A DNA stretch of 64,000 bases, from positions 1 through 64,000 of the forward strand of contig KZ539085.1 of the NCBI GenBank assembly GCA_000934665.2, read 5' to 3'. This stretch comes from Catajapyx aquilonaris. Its lineage: Eukaryota. Below the pieces are notes generated by a model. The model was given only the letters and a program-made list of their open reading frames with translations. It ran no database searches and had not been told where the DNA came from. The first letter of the stretch is position 1, and each line of letters opens with the position of its first letter. The position numbers were made by a program, and so were the translations under genes. Shown piece after piece: positions 50,862 through 64,000 of this stretch.

Positions 50862-53800
50862 ACTCTCTCACCACACCTTCGACAATGACAATCTTTGGCT
50901 GGCGTCGTGGACCCCGCCCTTACACTTTCCCTGTCCGATAGGCACACAGGTGGCAGCACTACCTTGTTGGAATTTTACACGGCAGATGGCCTAGGAGTCA
51001 TGACTTCTTTGGTACGGGGACCCGACTGTGAAAAGTGGCATCCGTCTGTGTCACGGTCTGTGTTTATGGTCCTAAAATAGTATGTGTTTTACTGAAAAGA
51101 TGTTTTAAAATGGGTTATTTTAAGCATTGCGTGTACGGCATATTTTGGGTGCGTGTGTGCACCGATTATTGTTGATTGGAGGCTGAAAACAATGGTGACA
51201 TATGTATATTCTTGGAGAAGAAAAAGGAGCATAAGAATTCCATAATGTATGTCCGGCATGATTTGGAACATATTGAGTGATAGTTCACGGGAATATGCAG
51301 CGTGCTGGTGATTTATTCCTATTTATTCCGTCTACATGCACGATGCACGGAACGATGAATTGTTGCAATTTTGTAGTGGACACTTCACATTTTAAAAGGA
51401 ATTGCTGAACCTTATAATAGGTAAACAGAGGTTAAGTGGTAGTTTATAGTTCATTGTCCTTCAAACTCATATAGGCAGTGCAATTCCAGTGGGGAACAGA
51501 ATTGGCATGTAGTGTAGATTTTATTCCCACCATCAAAATGTACTATCGGGTTCAAATACTTTTGGCCACTCTATCCTAGTCTTGAAGCAACTATTCGCAC
51601 AGACCCCCTGTTAAGGAGGTGTATGTATGAAGGGTTGCTTCAAGACCAGGATAAAGTGGCCAAAAGTATTTGAACCCGATAGTACGTCATATATATATAT
51701 TTTTTAAATTCCGATATTCCAATGTGTGGCAGCGGACCAATAATGGCCGCCTGTACATACAGTAGAGCAACCCTGCAAATCACATAATGGAAACATTTCA
51801 TCCTGGAAGTTAGCTAACCCCTGTGCTCCTCTTGCTCTCCTTATTGCCTTCCTGCCAGGGGCTATTATACCGAATATTTTCGGAAGAACCGTATGCAAAT
51901 CATTTCCGAAATTTAAATAGGACATATTTCCCGCAAAAAATTTCGAACCATATACGGTGCACCGTATCTGTAGATTACATATCGACCCCATTTTCCCAGC
52001 CTCCTCTCCACCACTCTGCTTCCCCATCCCGGGGAGGACTTATTGATTGTTTTTGGAGGGAGGCGGGGGGGAGGGGTAGAGCAGGGNNNNNNNNNNNNNN
52101 NNNNNNNNNNNNNNNNNGGGGTAGTGGTCCAAAAAGCAGATCGGCCCATTTTACTCCCTTCCCCCCTATCCTGCTCAAATATCGTATCTCACTGAATCCA
52201 ACTCTTATGCATAATAGTTCAGCATGGTTGTGCTACATATATGGCATGACCATACATACGTCTGGAAGAAGAGACCAGGTTTTTTGGAGGCTGTTAGAAA
52301 GAGGGGTGGATGAGGGAGGCGTGTCTGGATATCCGGATGGAACCGGCTGCTGGAGAGGAAGACTGGCGATGGTGGAGGCAGGGGAGGGGGGTTGAAAAGA
52401 AGAGAGGGGGTAAAAAAAAAAGGTATTGTGGAGGTAGTGAGAGCGCATGAGCGACGCGCCCCCCCTCAGTGAGGTACAGGGAGGGGTAGGTAGTGGAGGA
52501 GGGTTTCTAAAAAAGAGAAGCAGAAGAGAATCAGGGAAGAGACGAAGAAGAGCAGCAATACTGGCAGAGGACCTGAACAGTGCAGGAGGCGAAGGCACCG
52601 GTGTTGCGGTCACCTGGCCGATCCTAAGATCAGCAACATCCGCATCTGACCGGCGTGACTTACATCCACCTGAAGAAGGAAGAGGAGCAACGACCCACGA
52701 GGATTTTTAGGTGAGACACCTGACAGTTTGGGGGGATACCCCGAATTAATATTTCGAATTATAGACAATCAAACACTGCAATGCAGGTGGAAAAATGTGC
52801 ATTACAGATATCCATGCATGATATGTATCCGAATATTTTGAAGCAGGTGACATATGCATCTCGATATGTATCAACCCGGATGATACGGGAGCTGTGGGAA
52901 GGTGGGGAGGCGGGAAGTGGGAGGGGGTGAGTTGAGGGGAGTGGCGTAGGGAGGGAAGGGTGTGGTGGTAGGAGGGGTAAGTTGAGCAGTGGGAGGGAGA
53001 CGAGGTAGGTAGAGGAAGTAGGGGGTGTGTAGTCAAGAAGTGGGTGAATGTTGATAAGAAAGGTGTAGAGGTTATGTGGACATGAGTGGGGAGAATAACA
53101 TATGAGGTAGTTGGATGAAAGGTTGGCCTCGGTGGGTGATGTTGTTCAGACCCTGCCGTTTGATCTTTCTGAAGCGGGTACTTTACAAAAACACTATTAA
53201 AGATACGTAAAATATTCGACAACCGACGAATATGTGGGACTTTCATTGACAGAGTAGAGTCATGGGAAAAGGAAAAGCGACTCTCTATTTTAATCCTGCT
53301 TAGACACCCATTTTTCCCAGCGATGTACGACATGTCAGACACCATCATTGTAGAAGTCGACATTATATGTATGTGCTTGAATGGCTTCAACCTCTGTTGT
53401 CGTGGTGGGTGGCCCTTGTGTTTCTCCCATGATCCCAAAGTCCCTTCCGGCTTGGGAGACCCTGCCAGTAGACGAACATTTCCCAGCATAATTAGTGGGT
53501 TCTCTCTTACGGAACAGTAATCAGATTATGCAATAGTGAATATATGGAATATTGCATACCATATGTAAAAGGTTTTTAATCAATTTCATCAGCTATAAAA
53601 TAAACGTATATTTAAACCTTCAATAGTATTTACACGTTGTTAGTAGTGACCGACTATGTACAGTAGCCTTCCGTTGCCGTAAATATAGTTTAATTTGAAA
53701 CTTCATTTTATGTAAGTCATACGAGTTACGGCATAGTAACTATGCGATACAGTATTTAAAAATAGCTGACGTGAAGGCAATTTTTGCAGCCGCAATGTTA

Positions 53801-56800
53801 TGGGTAGGTTATGTGTTACAACGAATCGTATTGAAGGGTGAATGAACTAGGAGGCCACCTGGGCGGTTCGTAATTACTTGACCCAAAGCAAGTCGAACAT
53901 AATGGGGTGCGACATAAAAAGCTTACATTACATATCACGAACTTACTGGTCCTGATGTACAGAGTTGACGGGAAATGGTTGCATGGAGCAAAGTAAGAGA
54001 ACAATGTAGAGGCACGATTTTTTTGTGTACTATCCAAATGGCGAAAATTGCTTCGAAAAATTATTTGTGGAGTGTACTGTATACGACAGCACACACCACG
54101 AAAAGAATGCCTATAGGAATATCATGGCCACTTTTCAGCGCTGTGTATACAAGGTTACTGCCCTTCATTCTTAGGTGTTTTATCATTTTGTCTTATTTTG
54201 TGCTATTCTTCTTTTCCCAACGACTTTGTGCTTGTATACACTCCTATAGCATTCATAGATACTATTATGTTGAAGTGTTGATGTCTACAGTATAATGTAT
54301 ATATCGTCAGAAATGATTGCCTCACTATTTCATGCACTTACATTTTCTACATGCCTTAAGTCCGGGAATCGCCTGCCTCCATTCTGACCCTTTATTTTGC
54401 GGAATCTTGTAATTTAACACTCGCGGTTACGTAGGTATACACCAATTTGTATATCCTGTGACGTGCCTTAGGCTACCCCTAGGTAGCAAAGCTCCGTTTT
54501 CCCGCGGAAAAACTTACTCACGAAATTAATTATGTTCTGAGATCAATTCATTACCTTCAAGACCCACAGATAAGACGATTGATGATATAACCTTGGTCAA
54601 TATGCAAGCTTCTCAATGATTTACGAGGTTAGTGATTCCATTCGTCCTGTTCACGAATTACCCCCCTTTCACATGCTTAGCCACCTATCCGTACTGTACA
54701 GTCAAAATGACTGTTGACAGAAGACTGGAACGAGCAAAGAATAATAATAATAATGATTCGTGGCTAGTTCGAAAAGTTTGATAATGAGTACCGGTATATT
54801 TTTATTTGTGAATTTTCTATGGAGGTGTTATGGATCGAGGTAAGGCGACCTACTTTTGATAATGATACGGGCATTCTGGACGTGACCAAGCAAAATACCG
54901 GAAAGTGCATTGGGCCGAGAATCGAACACAGGACTCACAGCACGAAAGCTGGATGTCTCATTAAAATGCGCCCAGATGTCTCTATGCGACAAAGATATAC
55001 TGTTAAGTATGGTTAAGTTATCGCTTTCTCTCAATCTGGTTTTTATTTTGAAATGTACATTAATGTAGTGGGTATTCATGGGAAGTTTTCGTAATAAAAT
55101 CGGTCTACTTTAACCCACTCGAGTATGGCAATATGCAAAATGAGGAATGCATGGGCAATTTGCACAAACACAAAACCATGCAGATTTAATTGAAAGAACA
55201 TGCAGGGCCGGTACTTGACCTCTGCCATCGAGCTGGGTGCTCGTGTGCATCAAATATTCAGTAGGCGTATAAGTGGGTAGAATGCAATGCGTAAAGTGGC
55301 CTGAATCTACCACTTACGCGTTTCCCATAACACAGTGGTGCTGTAGTCAAATGTTCGAAAATGCAATCATTACCAACTTTCATGACAAGGCGATAAATTA
55401 ATAACACGTCATAAATTACAACCACATCAACAGATTAATTATCATGTGAATTGTGAATTAACCTTTTTGGTATTTAGCACTACAAGATTTCTTCTCCGTT
55501 TTTTATATCCTCGGAGAGAGGGCAATTGAAATACCATAAAAAGGTAATAGTCACTTTTATAGGGAGTATTTTCGTCACAATTCAAGTGGAAAATTTTGTT
55601 TCTATGGGTAGTTATTGGCTTGAAACGTCCCTTTCCACTCGCCCCTCTAGTGTTGACCTTGCCAGTGACCACAGCCACTTTGGCTTTTGGGGACGTTTGG
55701 GTAAATGCTCTTGGGTGTTATAAAGATTATTATCAACAAAGGCAGCTGGAAGCCCCAAGACTCGGAGGGTGAAGCCGATGGAGTACAGTATAGGGAGACT
55801 TGTCAAATTCTGTGAGATACTGTATAACAAGTGCGTAAATGTATTTTGAATAATGAAATTACATTGAAAAACATATCAGAATATTGTCATTCATATCAGA
55901 ATATTGTCATTCATTTCAGTTAGGCCATTTTCATGTAAATCGATTTACAAATCATAACAAAATGTTACTTGTTGATTGACACTTGTACACGTATTTGTCG
56001 AAGAAGTTTGTAACGGGGTTGTTATCTGATGATCTGGAAAATTAATCGTAGCCTGACGTTTACGAGCGAGGGGAGGAGCCTATACTGTACTGTACGGGGT
56101 TGTCCACAGTTCATGTGGAGGGTAGAGGGAGGGAGAAAAAATAAATAAATCACGAGCCAATTCAAAGATAAACAACCTGTTTGAAGCAACAATCCGGACC
56201 CTGGTCAACGTGTCGTAAACTGGAGTAAACAATCCATAACTTATCCCCTGGCACCTCCAGTGTTTTAGTGTGGAATTGGACACGCCACTACCCTGAATAA
56301 TAAATGAACAGTATACCCAGTATTTCTGGCGTGTGAGCCACTGTTACAGTAACTGTTTGTATATAGGCCTGCAGTCTTAAAGTTTAATCAAAATGCCAAC
56401 ACAAATGCGAGGGAGGGGAATCTCATTTTAATTGAATTACAGTCACGCCAGCACTTAGGAAAACAACAACTGATTCGATTTGGCAAGACCGGATTTTTCA
56501 TGTACCCAATTTCTCTTCGAAAAACATATCATGATAACATCTGTTTGCCAGTGGCAACATTCCCCGTATTTGGCAAACAGGTTTTATAACCAGTGTAAAT
56601 CAGGCCTAAAATAAATTGTCCCTATTGTATTGTTGAAGTCAGATCGTGACCCTCGGAAAAAGAAGAAGGGCTGTAAATGGCCTGGGGGTATAGGCGGCTA
56701 CAGATAAGCTGGGCCCATCCTAATGACCTGCCTCGGGCATAAGTAGGGAATGAAGTGGTCCTTATAAAAATAATCCCGGAACTTTTTCAGGATGTCCCGT

Positions 56801-58131
56801 TTTGTATTTTTGACAGCAAATATGAAACATTAGGTGTTGAAAAGCTATATTTAAATATGTGATTCGCGCCCTGCATGTCACAAATAGATCCAGCATTATC
56901 TTAGATTTTTAACTATTACCAAGAGTTACCTCGTGTAATAAATTCTTGGAAAGGTCTGCCTAGCCGGGAATAACGTGACCGTTTGTAGACAGACAGTCGA
57001 GGGCCTGGATTAGGGCCAAGACGAATTAAGTGTTGAGTTTGAGTCCCAGAAGAGACAGTCACATGACGGTCCCCTACAGAAGATAATATCTGTCTGGCAA
57101 AAGAGTCTGGAAGTCGCCTGTTAGGATAATTATTTTGTAGCATGCAACCGTCCAACCAAGAAGAACCTCACAGTGTGTTGAGCACTGGCAGGGTCATGAC
57201 TAGGAAGTCTTAGAATCAATGAACTTTAGAATGGCTAATAACTTGGACAACCTAAGATGTTATGAAAGAAATTTCAGCAGAAGAACACCACTATGATCTA
57301 ACTTCCTAGGCGTACATAATGATGCTCCATTTAACGGACTGTCTTATTCCCTTGATAAGCCAATGGAGACCACTTGTGCAGCAGTGAAGAGCGTTTCCAA
57401 GAAATGTTCCAGCGTACTTCACAAATTATTACTTAAGTGGCCATCCATTAATTACGTGCGTAGGTTATGGAGTGGGTTGGATGGCGCCACATGCTTTGTA
57501 CACTCCAACAGATTGAGGTGGCCCTTACAAATTATTGAATTGAAGCGATATGTTGAAGAAAAGAATCTGAGGTTTAAATTTGCTATACCTCAAGAAGAAA
57601 AAACTCAAGGAAGAAAGCATAAAATACTTCAGCCATGTTTTTAAAAACAGTCCTACTTAAAACAATCTCCAGAAACAAAACAGCATTAAACCTGAATATA
57701 ACCTAAGTGATAAACCCAAGTCCAATTCAACCTTGAATTTTTGTAAGGGGGCTTGTGGCTCTTTTGTAGTCTGCGGTGTGTCTTATATTCTTACTGATTT
57801 TTTGAGCCTCGTGAGAACAAGAGGGCTGTAGTGTATGAAATGCATAAAGGTACACCAAAAGCAGGGGAGAAGTTGTAATATGCAGAAAAATTATTGTAGT
57901 CTACTTGTAATATATCAACAGCCCCTGTATTTTCTTCTGCACCAGCACTCTCACCAAAAACCACAAGCACCAGCACCAGCACTGAAGGAAGCTGCAGACA
58001 GCAGCCCAAAACAAGCCAAGATAAATAGGCAGAAGCAGCGTGCACGTCATCACCTTGCTCGCCCTTGCCTCACCCACTGTCCTGCTGACCTGACCTGACC
58101 TCAATTTCTCACAGCAAGTGACTGGACAAGC

Positions 58132-58231
58132 ATGAGGGTCTCCCTGCTGGTCGTATTGGCCGCCATGGCACTCGTCACATTCCTCCAAGCACCCGCTGCC
58201 CATGCTGCTTCCAATGACAAGCCTACAAAAG
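58132..58231 (+). CDS. Pleiotrophin/midkine (miple)-like secreted protein, exon 1 (signal peptide)
   Basis: MRVSLLVVLAAMALVTFLQAPAAHA is a typical signal peptide. Donor AAAG|GTTTCT, phase 1. Confidence 0.75.
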
Positions 58232-59389
58232 GTTTCTATCCACTGCATGCTCACTCTCCCTTTTATTATTTTGTCATTAAGGTATGTGCATGTTTCAGAA
58301 TTGGCTCACATCCATATAGGTGAAAATTTCAGTTCGTCACCTCACCTTCCAATTTTGCATGTAGTTTTGAATATCATTGCAAATCCTCTTAAATAACATT
58401 TCCAATGGTGTATATAACTAACTGCTATGTGTAGATGAGGTGACAGGAGCGAATGAAAATGAGCATCTGTGAGAATTTTACCGTAATGTCTGCACACAAG
58501 CTATAGTCTGAAACACGTGGCATATTTTTCTTATTGATATCTACATATGCTGCTCTTGATCAGCACTCTCTAGCAGTTGGGGTGGAAAAGGAAGTGGCAG
58601 AGAATGAAGTTGGGTTGATAGGGACGGCTGAGAGATATGTAGCTAAGTGATTACTTCCTGGTGCAGTCCAAATGGCAGTGATGGATCATTTTGGACCAGC
58701 TAAATGACATGCATTCATTTGGCCCTTGACAATGGCTGATCCATCAATGTAGATGAGTAATTTTGTTAAAATTTAATTGTGGCTTTTGAAGTTCAGAAAG
58801 TCAGTTTCCTGCCTGGGTTTTACATACTGATACTATTGCAACAAGTAACAGCATCCTCTTTTCATTTAACAAATACACAGTCTTGGCTTTCCATCTAATA
58901 ATTATTTGAACTCTGATTTAATCTGTCTAATATTAGCTTCATTTGCCTTCAGTCAGTGTACATTAAATTTAACCAGCCATCACTGCATCACCCTATGGAA
59001 TTTAGATTAGAAAGCCCACCTATGCAAAATGAAAACTGGCAAGATGGATAGTTGGCAGGGGATCCAATGATAGGTGGTGATGTGGGAAAATTAGTCCTAT
59101 TACAGTGTTGTTACCTCTGGTGCAGTGCTAGATTGCATGAAAACTTGCACATAATCAATCCAAATATTTTCAGCTTGTCGCTACCGTAAGGGTCAGTGGA
59201 CAGCATGTGACCCTACAACCAAAACAAGGTCACGTACCTTGACTTTGAAGGCGGGTGACAAGGCAACATGTGAGCCAACCCGCACGCTCACCAAAGAGTG
59301 CAGCAAAGGTATGTATGTGAATGTCATTTTCAGAAATTATTTTTAGATGCACTGACCTGTGACCTTGGACATCTCCCTCTCTAACCCAG

Positions 59390-59554
59390 CGTGCCGCTAC
59401 GAGAAGGGCGCCTGGGGCCCCTGCGATCCCCAAGGTCAAATGACCCGCGTGGACCACCTGAAGAACTCTTCAGATCAGGGATGCGGCCCCACTCGCCAAA
59501 TTACAAAGCGATGCTCCAGCCAAGGCTCCCAGAGGCAGAATCGCAAGAATCAGG
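59390..59554 (+). CDS. Pleiotrophin/midkine-like protein, exon 2 (PTN/MK C-terminal-type domain)
   Basis: Branch-like CTAAC plus CAG acceptor. CRYEKGAWGPCD...MTRVDHLK...CGPTRQITKRC matches the CxYxxxxWxxCD...C...C pattern of the family. Confidence 0.85.
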
Positions 59555-60211
59555 GCGAGTAATTTTTTGCTCTTGCCACAGGCCACAATATGGCCACTCA
59601 ATAACCTGAAATGCATGAATTACTTGCAGCCCACATGAAAGATGGGTATAAGTTTGCAAATCTATCTTGCAGTTGCAACATATAGGTCCATTATGTCGGT
59701 TGATATCAATCACTGTGTCAATGAATTGGCGGTGATCCCACTATATTCCCAAAAAAAGGACACAGCTGTGATTCTCATGGTTTATTATTACTCATATATT
59801 AGCGCATTCTCTCTCTCACTCTCACTATAATGACTGTACACTGATTATGGAATGAGTGATCTATTGCTGGCTCATGTTAAAAGTTCACCTGGTTCTCTAT
59901 GGTGGAATGGGGTCTAGACAAAGTCTACTCAACTTTTGAGTCCCATGATTGCTGATGCGTTGCTTTAAACAGTTTCAAACAGTGAAACAACCACATCGAC
60001 TGTGTAAGGCATGTAGACTTGGCCTAATATCCTTTCTCCCTTTAGAGATTCAGGCTAACTCAATGAGTAGCTAACATGATTTGGGAGTTAAATGGGTGAT
60101 GAGTGGTTATTATGTTTGGGAACTTCATTAATGTATATGTACAATTATTGTATTTGGGGGGAGGCAGTCTAAGTACCGAGAGACTTCCATTCTTAAATGT
60201 CTCATTTGCAG

Positions 60212-60258
60212 GCGGACGCCGCAACAAGAACCGCGCTGGCTCTTCAGGAGCAGCCTGA
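60212..60258 (+). CDS. Pleiotrophin/midkine-like protein, exon 3 (basic tail)
   Basis: Acceptor TTTGCAG. Phase 1 gives GGRRNKNRAGSSGAA*. AATAAA at ~60403 and ~60564. Total 103 aa. Confidence 0.6.
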
Positions 60259-60941
60259 GCGGGGACGCAGATCCACAATGGGGGGAGGATGGGGGAGAGT
60301 GGGGAGGCGAGTGGGGTGGGGTGTGGGAAGGGGCAGAGGGAAGCAGAGCAGGAGGAGAGAGCAGCAGAATCACACAGCATGTGAAGGAGGAAGCAAATGA
60401 AGAATAAATAAATAAGGGGACAGGGATGAAATACTCTGCTCCCCACCCTTCTCTCTCCAAACTCTCACCTCCACTGCCCTTTCCTACTGCCCACCTTCCC
60501 TTCCCTCTTTCCCCATCCCCCATTTTCTTCTCTCTCTCATGTGTAGCAGCAGCCTGCAGGAAAAATAAAAACTCCCTACAACCTGACCACCACCTCTCTC
60601 ATTCATTTTTTGGTCCTTATTGTCACTCAGTTGGCACCAGGCAGTGTTGGCAGCACTAGTTCACTCACATGGCGCGGGTTTTCGTTGGGCTGGAGGATGG
60701 AATGGCTATTGGGGGAAAAGCCTATGCATACAACAGCCTGTTGCCATGTGCACACCAGTCCCTTTGCCATATACAGAGAAGAACTTGGCAGTATTGCATG
60801 CACATCCAGTTTCTTCACCAGTCATACCGTCATGATTTTTACATACTCCCTTTAAATATCTCTTTCACACAATGGCTGTGCAACCAAGCTGGATATCGAT
60901 CAGTGTTAACATGCTGTTATAACATAGGCCTTGTCTGGCTT

Positions 60942-61510
60942 TCATTTGAGGTCTAGTTCATCTGGACTGTCCAACTGGAATGGGGTGGATGTCCTCCGCT
61001 GCTGGTGCTCCTGGATGGAACAGTCTGACACCCGCAGGGTGATCCGGTGTGACCCTGGCGGCGAGTGCCGCAATGTCCCATTGTGGCGCTGAGTTGGGGA
61101 CAATCTGGGTGAAGGGGGGCCAGGGACAAATATTCTGAGTGGGTTGGGTGATGGAGATGAAGGGGAGGCTGGAACAGGTGTGGCATCACCATCCTCTTCA
61201 TTTTTGAGGTCATTGCACTCAGCCTGTGAGCGTGACAGAACAGACACATCAGCAGTTGAGGTGGCAGAAGTGGCAGCCAGTGACACTCTGGAACCTCCTC
61301 CACCTGCCCTGCTGGCTCCTCGGCTTCCTCCACCCCACCTGCCTGTACTTCCTCCACCACTACTGCTGCCTCCCATTCCACTTCCTCCTCTTACAACATC
61401 AGAGGGCCACGAGGCACTCTCATCATCCTCCAGGCTGGCAGCATCAAGTGAGGACATGGATGTCCGGGCACCTCCCCAACTGTGGTTCGACACTCGCAGG
61501 CCTCCATCAC
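60942..61510 (-). CDS. Last exon of an unidentified minus-strand gene (Ser/Gly/Pro-rich C-terminus)
   Basis: Acceptor CTCCTGTTTAG. ~189 open codons DGGLRVSNHSWGGARTSMSSLDAASLEDDE...SPDELDLK*. GC-rich with coding-like composition. Confidence 0.6.
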
Positions 61511-61599
61511 CTAAACAGGAGTACAGAACACAACTGGTGTTTCATTATGGGACAACTTGTACATGTTTCTAGTGCAATCAGACAAGAGGAACATCTGTA

Positions 61600-62003
61600 T
61601 ACAGGGTGTTCCAAGTATATTAGTACTTGTAGTTACGGGAAATTTCGCTTGAAGCTTTTTTTTTTTTTGTAACTTGTTGCGCCCTGATCCAGGTGCCTTA
61701 TTCTATAGCCACCGCTACATTCGACCATCTTATAGTACAGTGTTGGACATAAATCGAGGCATATTGCTAGCGACATTTTCCGAAGTGGCAGAAGACGGAA
61801 TCGAAGATAAGGATACTGCAAGCCAGGTGAGAAAGATTCCTTCTTCTGCCGCTTCGGAAAATGTCGCAGGCAGTATGCCTCGATTAATGTCCAACACTGT
61901 ACTGAGGCACCTGGATCGTGGTGCAACAAGCTACACAAAAAAAACTACTTCGGACAATATTAGTGATTACTAAAAACGACCCACAAACTTTTGGAACACC
62001 CTG
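61600..62003. mobile_element. Tc1-type MITE with a nested hairpin element
   Basis: TACAGGGTGTTCCAA / TTGGAACACCCTG. Confidence 0.75.
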
Positions 62004-62614
62004 GATATTAAGGATAATAACTGGAATGTTGTGTAATCCATGATTTGGACAGCATACAGTTCATTGATATTTACAAACATTCCACAAAATATTATGTTCA
62101 GTTTATTATAGAGGGACAATTATTATAAAAGCCCTCATTCTTTCGAGGGATATCATGCTGCTTCACCAAGTAGGTGGAATTATGTTTTAAAAATGAAACT
62201 ATAAATTACTGTTCATCTGACCACATTTCCTCCTCCTCCGTAAAGCAAGTTTATATGGACTTTTTCACCCTTAAAAAGTGAACTACAAATATTTCATATG
62301 AAGAAGCAGTGCTAACCAACATTCGAATGAGCAATGCAGTCTATTCACACCTATAAGGCATCACTGACCAACTGTCTTATCTTAATGCCACTCACCACCT
62401 CAACCTAAGCATGAAAACTGATAAGGTCATAAATTGCTCAAGAAGGCATAGAGGTACAATGTCACATGGTAGGGATGGAAAGTGTTATCCCAAGACATGA
62501 CAACTCCATGCCCTCACCCAACATTCAATGTGTTCAGGTTGGTGTGAGGGGGTGGTATTAATAAGCACATTTGGCAATTCAGGAAACCCTTAGTTGAGTC
62601 ATGTGATACCAGAG

Positions 62615-63111
62615 TTAACCCTCGGACGGTGACGTGGGCACTTTTTGTGACCAACGACCCTTTTTTTGCTATAACTTGACAAATTTAGGACATTCGAGAT
62701 TCATCTTTGAGAACATTTTCGTTTGACTATTTCTGTGATGAATGAAGTTTAGTTTAAATTTTTTGAGCAAATAGCGCGACCAGGAAAAAATAAATTAGAC
62801 GGAAATGCGTAGTTGGGGCCTGACCAAGGTCCGGTCTGGCGGCTCCCGGTGGCATCCCAGGCCGCCAAGGGGTGGAATCCCCCTACCCCCGGGAATTGGC
62901 CCAGACTGATTTTCTTTCCGATTTTTTTCTGATCGCACTATTTTCTCAAAAAATGTAAACTGTCGTAGAAGGAATCACACTATGATTGTCTCAAAGGTGA
63001 AGCCCGAATGTGGTATATTTCGCCAGATGTAACAAAAAATATGGCTTGGTCACAAAAAGTGCCCACGTCACCGGAGAGCGAACATTTCGCACGTCACCGT
63101 CTGAGGGTTAA
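62615..63111. mobile_element. piggyBac-type MITE
   Basis: TTAACCCTCGGACGGTGACGTG / CACGTCACCGTCTGAGGGTTAA. Confidence 0.85.
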
Positions 63112-63284
63112 CCTTGCCCACCTGAGCCAAGCAGTTTAGTTACAAGCACAGGTGAGGGAGGGCAACTCAATGGAGGTCAGAGCTGCCTTATGAGCTTCAA
63201 TGGGTTATACCCTATTTACTCAAATCTAATGAGTAAAACACACTTTTTCTCCTTCGAAAATATTGAAAAAAATAGGGTACATCT

Positions 63285-64000
63285 TACAAGGGAACTGTAA
63301 AGTGTTGTCAACGGAGTTGCTGAATAAAACTTGACACAATAATATAGGCAGGTAAGTTATTAAACAAAATGCAAACCGTTTCTGTGGAACAATACAAGGT
63401 CAAAAGCTATGACCTCTCGAACTCAGTCCGGACAGCTTACCTTACGAGCAGAGTTTCAGATGTCGCACTTAAAGAAGCAGACATTTTATTGCATCACTGG
63501 AAAGGGATAATTACTCTGATTACAACGAGCTAAATTGCTAGATCACAGCCATATTTGAAACAATCGCTTTTGAATTTTTCAGAGAAAACAAACTATACAG
63601 AAATTATTTTCTCTCAAATTATGCGCCCGATTTGCATCACATCCATCTTATAGCTCCTGGAAAATTCCGATGATGGAACACATTGTTACAAACAGTTGTA
63701 GGTGCTAATTCATTTCATCTGCAGGTGGTTTATGTTTCTGGCTTACGACAAAATAGGGAACTTGATATTCTGAATTTTCCAAGAGCTACTTGTATAAGCT
63801 GGATTTGACGCCAATCGGGCACGTAATTTGAGAGAAAATTATTTTTGTCTTTATTTCCCGAAAAAATTCAGAAGCGACTCTTTCAAACATGGCTGAGAAC
63901 TAGCAATTTAGCTCGTTGTAATCAGAGTAATTATCCCTTTCCAGTGATGCAATAAAATGTCTGCTTTTTTGAGTGCGACATCTGAAACTTTGCTCGTAAG
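63285..64000. mobile_element. Long-TIR DNA element related to 4075-4937, truncated by the window end
   Basis: Shared AAATGCAAACCGTTTCTG...TACAAGGTCAAAAG and GGAAAGGGATAATTACTCTGATTAC. The inverted arm is visible at 63780-64000. Confidence 0.8.

Noticed and set aside
57791..58254. Hydrophobic minus-strand ORFs (84 and 117 aa)
   Set aside because: They are antisense to the 5' region and signal-peptide exon of the pleiotrophin-like gene, with no independent support.
61144..61672. Pro-rich plus-strand ORFs
   Set aside because: Antisense shadows of the Gly/Ser-rich minus-strand exon, which has the acceptor site.

Overview
This is eukaryotic, repeat-rich genomic DNA. The introns, tRNA-derived SINEs and mariner/hAT/piggyBac relics point to an invertebrate, most likely an arthropod (inference). 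It carries (1) the last exon of an Arg/Ser/His-rich protein (+), followed within 260 bp by a two-exon gene with an RFXAP-type C-terminal motif (7579-11727); (2) a complete 7-exon PAN3 gene (+, 17164-43095, ~912 aa); (3) a minus-strand two-exon small membrane-protein gene (50861-48016) whose stop is followed 2 nt later by a second 74-aa membrane-protein ORF; (4) a three-exon, single-domain pleiotrophin/midkine-like gene (+, 58132-60258) with a probable GC-AG intron; and (5) the last exon of an unidentified minus-strand gene (61510-60942). The most notable signals are two independent candidate dicistronic loci with stop-(2-4 nt)-ATG junctions, and a minisatellite-built, frame-preserving candidate cassette exon in PAN3 intron 1 with a 51-nt stop-containing paralog. 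All gene models were built by eye from splice signals, reading-frame phase and remembered family motifs. No transcript or database evidence was available.
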